A stretch of DNA of 63,125 nucleotides, counting the filler, from Chrysochromulina tobinii (Eukaryota): the NCBI GenBank assembly GCA_001275005.1. It is 11 parts of 11 records of this genome, joined end to end, with 100 filler letters (N's around TTAATTAATTAA, not from the genome) between each part and the next. Parts side by side here need not be neighbours in the genome. Positions count along the whole stretch, not along the records: positions 54,511 to 56,826 come from JWZX01000089.1; positions 56,927 to 63,125 come from JWZX01000091.1; 9 more parts are not named here. One strand, written 5' to 3'. Shown one piece after another: positions 55,619 through 63,125 of the stretch. The translations under genes were made by a program, and so were the position numbers. The stretch's first letter is position 1; each line of letters opens with the position of its first letter. The notes beneath the pieces were generated by a model that was not told the DNA's origin, searched no databases, and was given only the letters and a program-made list of their open reading frames with translations.

Positions 55619-56705
55619 TGATCGTGATACGCGAGCACGCAGGCAATCAAGCTCGTCCAAAGACCGAGCGCTCATCACTCAGACGCAGTCAGACTCAGTC
55701 AGACTCAATCGGACTCAGTCGGACTCAATCAACTCAACGGTGGTGCTCGTGATCGTGATACGCGAGCATGCAGGCAATCAAGCTCGTCCGAAGACCGAGC
55801 GCTCATCACTCAGCACTCAGACGCGGTCAGACGGTCTCGTAATTCGCTCAGACTCAATCAGACGCAGTCAGACGGTCTCGTAATCGCCTCAGGCGCGGGA
55901 GGAGGGTAGTCGCGGGGGAGGGGGTGAGGGAGCGGAGTGGCGGGCGGGCCGCGTCAGTGGAGCCCTCGTACCTGTGGGGAGAGGGCGCGCCGTAGTGAGG
56001 ACTTGCATTCGAGCCGTCCATCATCAGACGCAATCAGACGCAATCAGACGCAATCAGACTCGGCAATGGCCGAGGCGGCGATGGCTGAGGTGGCGATGGC
56101 GGCCGAGTTGGCGATGGCGGTCGAGATGGCAGTGGTGACGCCGGGGGTGTGGGGGGGCGGAGGAGGCGATGGCGGAGGCGGTGATGGTGGTGGATTTGGG
56201 GGTTGTAAACGTGGCGGAGGCGATGTCTGTGGGGGTGACGGCGGAGGCAGTGACGGTGGAGGCGGTGATGTCAGAGGCAGTGATGACCGTGGAGAAGGCG
56301 GTGAGGGCGAAGTCGTCAGCGGCAGAAGTGACAGCGGTGGCAGCACCACCGTTGAGTTGATTGCGTCCGATTGAGTCCGATTGAGTCTGACTGAGTCTGA
56401 CTGCGTCTGAGTGATGAGCGCTCGGTCTTCGGACGAGCTTGATTGCCTGCGTGCTCGCGTATCACGATCACGAGCACCACTGTTGAGTTGATTGCGTCTG
56501 ACTGAGTCCGATTGAGTCTGACTGAGTCTGACTGCGTCTGAGTGCTGAGTGATGAGCGCTCGGTCTCCGGACGAGCTCGATTGCCTGCGTGCTCACGTAT
56601 CACGATCACGAGCACCACCGTTGAGTTGATTGCGTCTGACTGAGTCTGACTGAGTCTGATTGAGTCCTGATTGCTGAGTTGATGAGCGCTCGGTCTCCAG
56701 CTCGA
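55619..56705. repeat. ~130-bp unit containing CAGACTCAGT 10-mers; about 2 copies forward and 3 inverted
   Basis: gtgatcgtgatacgcgagc..gaccgagcgctcatcactcag..caactcaacggtggtgctc at 55619 and 55749; reverse complements at about 56345-56705. Confidence 0.75.
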
Positions 56706-56926
56706 TTGCCCGATGTGGTCCTGATACATTTTTGCCTTCTTGCTTGTAGGAGAACATCGGCGGCATTTGCCATTGAGGTGGCCACAGCCACCGCCACCAC
56801 CGTCACTGACATCTTGGCCGCCGCCGNNNNNNNNNNNNNNNNNNNNNNNNNNNNNNNNNNNNNNNNNNNNTTAATTAATTAANNNNNNNNNNNNNNNNNN
56901 NNNNNNNNNNNNNNNNNNNNNNNNNN

Positions 56927-59900
56927 AGCGCAGGCCAGCTAGGATCTCCTCCCGAGGCACGCCTGCATTGATCATGGCGGCCGCTTCCGGGAGCTTGGCG
57001 AGCAGCTCGTCGTCCGTTAGATTCGCGGCCGGGGCAGCCGAGACCACCTTAAACGTCTCCTTCTGGGCGTCCTTCTCGTCTTCCTCCTCGTCCTTCTCCC
57101 CGCGCAATGTCTCCGCCATGGCAGGCGCCAGTTCTTCGCGTTCTTCCGGCACGCTCTCCAACTTCACAGGAGTTGCATCTCGCATGGAGCCCTCCCCGCA
57201 CTGCTTGAGCGTACCAGAGCCGATCTTATCGAGCTCCACCGTGTAGACTTGCTTCTTCGCATCGTACACCTTCACATAGCCAAAGCTCTCCTCTCCGCTG
57301 CTGCGCTTCACGAACACGCGGCTGCCGTTGGCGAACTTTTGAGTGGCAGTGTCCGCCTCGGACTTAGTGTCCGCCTCTCGCAGATAGCTCTCCGTGGCCT
57401 CCTTTTGCTTCCCGGAACCGAGCTTATCAAGCTCCACCGTGTAGACTTGCGTCGTCGCGACGTACTTCTTCACATAGGCGATGCTCTCGTCTCCACTGCT
57501 GCGTTTTACAAACACGCGGCTGCCGGTGGCGAAGCGCTGAGACGTGGTGCCCGTTGGAGCTGCAGGCGGTGGCACGGGTGCAGGCCCAGGAGCTGCGAGC
57601 CGCTCATTCGTGAAGGTGAGACGTCGCGTCGTCCCGTCGGGGGTTTGCTTCACGAGATTGAGCGCGTCGTCCTTGCTGATACCCTTCACACTCACGCCAT
57701 TGACTGCGAGCAATGTCATACCAACCATCACGCCCTTCTGCTGCGCCAGTGTACCTTCCAACACCTCAGTAAGGACGATGGCGCCGCTGCTGTGATCTTC
57801 AAACGAAATGCCGATGCGAGCACCTGGCTCAAATTCGTACGTTGTCGACGGTGGCTCGGGTACGGGCACAGGTGCAGGCCCAGGCGCTGCGAGCCGCTCA
57901 TTCGTGAAGGTGAGGCGTCGCGTCGTGTTCGCATAGCGCTTGACGATCTCCATCGCGGCGTCCTTGCTGATGCCGGCCGCCTTCTCGCCATTGACTGCGA
58001 GCAATGTCATACCAACCATCACGCCCTTCTGCTGCGCCAGCGAGCCTTCCGCCACCTCAGTCACGATGATGGCGCCGCTGCTGTGATCTACCAACGAAAT
58101 GCCGATGCGAGCACCTGCCTCAAAGTCGTACGTTGTCGACGGTGGCTCGGGTGCGGGCACAGGTGCAGGCATCGACGCCGGTGCCGGCGCCGGAGCGTGC
58201 GCCGGCGCGAGCGCGGGCGAAAGTTCGGGCATCGGATTAGCGACAGGATCAGCGCTGTGCAGGAGCGCCGCCACAAGGTATTCCATGCCCTCCTTCTTCT
58301 TCATGTCACCCTTGGAGGCGTAGAGCGAGACGAGGTTCTGCAGCGTCGCGATCGAGTGTGGGTGGCAGTCGCCGAGTACCTTGCGCTGGATACGGCTGGC
58401 CTTCTCGAAGAGCTTCTCCGCCTCGTCAAAGTTCCCGAACGCCTGCACGAACGTCGCCACGTCGTTGAGGCACGTCGCCGTCAGCACGTGCTCCGCACCG
58501 TACGTGCCCTCGCACAGCACGTGCCGCTGCTTGGCGCTCTCGAGCGCCTCCTTGTACTTTCCCTCTCCTGCCAGCTGCCGCACCAACTGGCCCAGGCGGC
58601 CCACTTCCTGGCCCTGAGCCTCCAAAGACTTGGGCAGGGAAATGTCGATGCCATCGTTCTTGTTGCCCTTGCTGCTGCTGAAAAAGCCGCCAGAGCGAAA
58701 GGACTTGACGGCTGCAGGTGGCAGAGCCGACGAGACAGGCTGTTGACGCGTTGGTTGTGGTGCCGCCAGCTGTGGCGGTTGCATCTGTTGTTGTTGTGGC
58801 ACAAGTTGTGCGGGCGCAGGCTGCTGTCCCTCGGCCCCCGTCGAGGCGCGAGAGCGCAGGCCAGCTAGGATCTCCTCCCGAGGCACGCCTGCATTGATCA
58901 TGGCGGCCGCTTCCGGGAGCTTGGCGAGCAGCTCGTCGTCGGTCACCGACGGCGGCGGTGCGTACGCCGGCGCAGCGGCGGGCGCGGCGAGGGCATTAGA
59001 GGCATCACGAAGCCACTCGGGCTCTGGCCCATCGTCCGTGGTCCGTGGCGTGAGTGGAGGCAGCGGCGGCGATGGAGGCAGCAGCTCCTCCGCCTCCGCC
59101 TCCGCCAGCGCCTGCGCCTCCGCCAGCGCCTCCGCCTCCGCCTCCGCCTCCGCCTCCGCCTCCGCCTCCGCCTCCTGGGGTTCGGCAGGCACCGCGGGTT
59201 CCGCGGGTGCATCTACCGCCACTGTCGTCGCCACCGCCACCGTCGCCGCCGCGTTCGCGTCCAAGGAAGGCGCGTTCGCTGCGACGTCACTACGGAACGT
59301 CGCAGCGGCCGCCCCGCGGCTCAGTGCATCGGCGAGCGCGCTGTCGGCGGCAGCGGCGGCCTTCTCAGCGGCCGCCGCGGCCTTCTCGGCTGTCCGAAAC
59401 TTCTCCTTCAACTCTCGCAACTCCTTGCCGAGCTCGAACTTCGCCTTCTTCGCCTCCTTGGCCTGCTCACTGAGCGACGCCACCTCATCTGCATGGGCCA
59501 CTTCGCTCTGTTGGAGCTTCTCCTCCGCCGCCGCAAGCTGCTGCTGGGCCTCCTGCGCCTGCGCCGCTGCCGCCTCCGCGGCCGCGAGCGCTTCCGCGGC
59601 TTTCTTCTCCTTCTTCTCGAGCTTCTTCTCGAGCTTAGCGAGCGCGGCCTCGTGCTCAGACTGCATGCGCGCCAGGGCCGCCGCCACGGCCGCTGCCACG
59701 GCCGCCTCCGTCGACGCCTCGGTCGCCGCCTCGGACGCCACCTCCGGTGCCTGCGCTTTGGCGGCCGCGACCGCGGCGGTCGCCTCCGCCGCTGCCGCCT
59801 CCGCCGCCGTCGCCCGCGCCTCCGCGGCGGCCACCGCTTCAGCAGCTGCCGCAGCCGCGGCCGCCACCTCAGCCGCCGGCACTCCTGCCAGCTCTGCCAC

Positions 59901-60341
59901 TGCCTCTGGTTGTTGCGCGCGCACCGCCGCGAGCTCAGCCTTGGCGGCATCGGCAGCGTCGGCCGATGCGATGCCCGCGGCCACCGCCGTTGCGAGCGCC
60001 GCCTCGCGCTCCGCGAGCGCTGCCTGTGCATCGGCCAGCGTTTTCTCCAGAGACACACGCGCCGCGGCCGCCTCGTCCCCCGCCTTCGACAGGGAGGCCA
60101 ACTCGCGCTGCGACGACTCAAGTGCCTCCTTGGTCGTCGACAGCTCATACTGGAGGTTGGCCAACTTTTCCTGCGCTGCGACCTCGCGGGCTGCCACCTT
60201 GGCAAGCTCCATCTCAGCCGGTGAAGGCCCGTCCCCTCGGAACGCCTTAAGCTCCTGTTCGAGGGTACGCTTCTCCTTCTGGAGCTGGATCACCTTCATC
60301 AGGTTGGCGCGAGCTATGATGGCGTCATCTCGCGCCGTCAT
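56927..60341 (-). CDS. Coiled-coil + kinesin-light-chain-type TPR + 2 PDZ + 2 Tudor/SH3-like repeat scaffold protein, 3'-partial
   Basis: HVLTATCLNDVA, LGDCHPHSIATLQNL; RIGISL..VAEGSLA..GV.VG..LLAVNG x2; FAxGSRVFVKRSSG x2. Confidence 0.8.
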
Positions 60342-60509
60342 CGGAGAGCGGACCGCTGGAGGCCGGGGGGTCCGTTCTCAGAGAAACACGTATGTGTGAA
60401 TATAAACCATGGCTGTGAAGGGAAAGAACTCTAATTTTAGATCCTCGTATCATCAATCAGAGGCAAATGGCGCCATCCTCCACCCTGGTCCTCCACCTCC
60501 TCCGTGGCC

Positions 60510-62039
60510 TCATTGCGAGTACACGTGCAGAAGCCCATTCCGGTCGCCCACGTACAGCTCGTTGCGCTCCTCGCTAAAGTAGAGCGCCGAGACGTCGCGC
60601 AGCACGTGGGCGTGCGCGCAGCCGCCGTCCGCGCAGCTAGCCAGCCGAGCCACGCACCGGCCAGTCCGGATGTGGGACACGTGGATGGCTCCAGTAGTCG
60701 GCGCTGAAAGCGGCTGCCGCTCGCGAGCCTGCGACGGCGCCACGAGCACGGTGCTGCCACTCCCGCGACTCGTCCGCTCGGGCTCATCCGCATCGGCCGA
60801 GCTGCCGGTGCCGGTGCCGGCGCCGCCGCTGCTGGCACCACTGCTGCCGCCGTCGCTGCTACTGCCGCCGTCGGCTTCGCTGCTGGCGCCACTTGTGCAG
60901 CTGCTGCTGGCGCTGCTGCCAACGCCGGCGCTACCATCCCCTCTAGGGAGCCGATCACGGCCGCCGCGGTTGGGTATGTGGAATTTGGGTCGGCAATAGG
61001 AGATAATGTAGTCCTGTTTGGCGGTGATGAAGATGTTGCTCGTGTTGGTCTCGGCGTGCCAGAGCTCGTGATCTTCGAAGGCCGTGACCTGCTCGCCCTT
61101 GAAGTTCCACACGAGCACCTGCCGGCCGCGAAAGGTGAGGAAGAGGTGATTCTCGTACAAGAAGATGAAGGCGGACGGAGTGACGAATTCCGTGCGAGAC
61201 ACGGAGATGACGGAGCCCGAATGCACGTCGACGATGTTGAGGTTCTCACCCTCCTGCTTGACGAGGAGCTTCTCGTTGAACTGTTCGATGAAGTCGACCT
61301 TCTTGGTGCGGATCAGCAGGTGGTTGAACTGCTTGAGCACCGTCCCGTTGTCAATGGAGAGGATGCGCAACGGCACATAACCCGTCGTGTGCCGCTGGTG
61401 GATGAGCAGCAAGATGCCCGGCGAGATCTTAATCTCGGTCACGCCATCGTCGGGCACCGAGAAGAGCGGCTCGTAATTGGTCATCTCCCACACGCGGTAC
61501 GCCTTGCTCTCCGCTGAGTATGTGAGCACCTTCGAGTTCACGTCATCGAACTCGACGAAGCCAGGCCATTTGAGCGACTCGCTCTCGAAGATCGGGAAGC
61601 CGTCGGCTGCCCGGCCGCGCCGAATGTAGTTGATGGGTGTCGATCGGCAGCGCAGCGAGGAGAAGTTGTCCGCCCGATAGACGGACACGGTCACCAGCGA
61701 ATCGTTCGCCTTGTTGAAGTAGAGTGAGCGGATGACCTCATCTGGTGAGGAGTTGAGGAAAGCGATGCGCTTGCTGCCGCTGAAGGCAGCGCACACCCCA
61801 GAGAGCGTCAGCGCGAAGGCGATGTCACCGGCCGCCACGATCTCAACGACCTTGGACCGCCGGCGCAGGAATGACAGCTTGAGGTTGGCCACGTCTGGGT
61901 CGTGCGTGTCGTGCACCCGCTGTTGGTCAAAGTTTGAGAAGCGCTGGCGCGCGCAGTGCCGCTTGAAAGTACTACATGAACCGCCGTCACCCAGCTCGCG
62001 TTTGAACAAACGCGATGACATCGACGACGACGACGACAT
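60510..62039 (-). CDS. Conserved WD40/beta-propeller-like protein of plant/protist type
   Basis: RSKVVEIVAA..DEVIRSL..ESLKWPGFVEFDDVN..IKISPG..FIEQFNEKLLVKQE..ELYVGDRNGLLHVY. Confidence 0.8.
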   Translation of the reverse strand: MSSSSSMSSRLFKRELGDGGSCSTFKRHCARQRFSNFDQQRVHDTHDPDVANLKLSFLRRRSKVVEIVAAGDIAFALTLSGVCAAFSGSKRIAFLNSSPDEVIRSLYFNKANDSLVTVSVYRADNFSSLRCRSTPINYIRRGRAADGFPIFESESLKWPGFVEFDDVNSKVLTYSAESKAYRVWEMTNYEPLFSVPDDGVTEIKISPGILLLIHQRHTTGYVPLRILSIDNGTVLKQFNHLLIRTKKVDFIEQFNEKLLVKQEGENLNIVDVHSGSVISVSRTEFVTPSAFIFLYENHLFLTFRGRQVLVWNFKGEQVTAFEDHELWHAETNTSNIFITAKQDYIISYCRPKFHIPNRGGRDRLPRGDGSAGVGSSASSSCTSGASSEADGGSSSDGGSSGASSGGAGTGTGSSADADEPERTSRGSGSTVLVAPSQARERQPLSAPTTGAIHVSHIRTGRCVARLASCADGGCAHAHVLRDVSALYFSEERNELYVGDRNGLLHVYSQ

Positions 62040-62093
62040 TCCAGGATGGTCTGCTCGATCGCCAGAGTCGGAAGCCGTCCAGTCCTCCTTTTG

Positions 62094-63125
62094 AGCTGCC
62101 TCGTGCTGCTGCTGTGAAACACACGACGCGCACACTCTCCGGACCCCCAAGCACGAGGGCCTCTATCGCTATGGACGGAGGTGTGGCCGACACAACCTGC
62201 TATTACACAGGCCGTTTATCGGCAGAAGGTGGGGGCGAGGCAACCACCTCACCACCTAAGAGTAATCCGATAGTACGGGCCGCTGTTCGCGGCAGCGGCC
62301 GCTGTGGCAGCGCGGACGCGCGAGCGCCTCGGTGCCGTTACGCCTGCTAGCAGCAGTGTAACCTTTTTCTCATACGCCGCGCGTGCAGCCCCCTGCAGCC
62401 GCGAGCGTCCCGCTGCCACGGCCGCGCGCCGTGCGCGCGGCGGTGGTGGCAGTGGCGGAGGCGTCGGTGGTGGTGGTGGCGGCGGCGGCGTCGGTGGTGT
62501 TGGTGGCGGCGGCGTCAGTAGTGGTGGTGGAGCCAGCTGTGGTGGTGGTGGTGGCGCAGGCGGTGGCTGGGATGGCAGCGGCGGTGGCAGTGGCGGCGTC
62601 GTTGGTGGTGGTGGCACCAGCGGTGGTGGCGGTGGCGGGGCCGATGGGTATCCTAGGCCCGGTGGGTAAGATACGGCGCTCCTGAACCTGAACGGTGGTG
62701 TCGGCATCGGTGGTGGCGGCATCGGTGGTGATGGCTTCGACGGTGATGCGGGCATCGACGGTGGTGGCGGCGGTGACTCCATCAGGAGCTCCTCTGTGTG
62801 CTCTTCTGGCCATTGGATGTTGTGAGCGTCAGGCGGTACGTGCTGAAGAAGAGGTGCAGGAGGTGGCATGGACGGTGGCGGTGTTGGTGGTGGTAGCGTC
62901 GATGGCGGCGGTGGCAGATGCTGCGGCAGCGTCGATGGTGGTGGCGCTGGCAGTGGTGGCGGTGGCATCGGTGGCAACCGAGCTGAGAAGCTGAACGCGG
63001 ACGGCGTCGGTGGTGTAGGCGATGGCGTAGCTGCCTCGTGCTGCTGCTGTTCAACACAACGCGCACAACCTCCGGACCCCCAAGCACGAGGGCCTCTATC
63101 GCTATGGACGGAGGTGTGGCCGACA
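62094..63125. repeat. ~98-bp direct repeat (62094-62192 and 63029-63125+) flanking a Pro-rich minus-strand ORF (62249-62977)
   Basis: agctgcctcgtgctgctgctgt...ctccggacccccaagcacgagggcctctatcgctatggacggaggtgtggccgaca occurs twice. Confidence 0.8.

Noticed and set aside
10147..56926. Recurrent TTAATTAATTAA palindromes within N runs; apparent gene neighbourhoods across them
   Set aside because: These are artificial contig linkers, so no synteny (for example YR next to the lectin gene) can be inferred across them.
56927..57014. 88-bp match to 58852-58940
   Set aside because: An intragenic repeat (DDELLAKLPEAAAMINAGVPREEILAGLR) that explains the contig break; not a separate element.
57249..60399. 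Long antisense ORFs (also 4225..5256, 40080..41393 and many others)
   Set aside because: Shadow ORFs opposite real GC-rich genes, with no motifs.

Overview
GC-rich eukaryotic genomic DNA with spliceosomal GT-AG introns. It is probably from a flagellated microalga of haptophyte/Chrysochromulina type (inferred from gene content and intron style, not proven). The window is 11 separate contigs joined by artificial 100-nt linkers (44 N + TTAATTAATTAA + 44 N), so adjacency across linkers has no meaning. Host genes: a TRPV-like ankyrin/ion channel, an RRM + 37-aa helical repeat + RAP + RanBP2-ZnF protein, an ankyrin protein, an MFS sugar porter, a GT23/FUT8-like glycosyltransferase, an F-box/kelch protein, CFAP141, an OTU deubiquitinase, an MDP-1 phosphatase, BTAF1/Mot1, an F-box/TerD protein, PDZ/TPR and WD40-like proteins, and large repetitive surface proteins. 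Mobile DNA: an OTU+APE non-LTR retrotransposon, a tyrosine-recombinase (YR) element and a decayed Ulp1-protease element. Most notable signals: (1) a lower-GC array of tiny genes at about 6.7-7.8 kb, each joined by a conserved hairpin + GTAA(C)TTTCT junction with fixed 18-19 nt spacing to the ATG; (2) an introner-like family, in which three loci share a ~45-nt 3'-splice-site cassette and the intron 5' ends are duplicates of the downstream exon, including stacked AG|GT introns; (3) a covarying 7-nt-loop hairpin array downstream of the YR gene.
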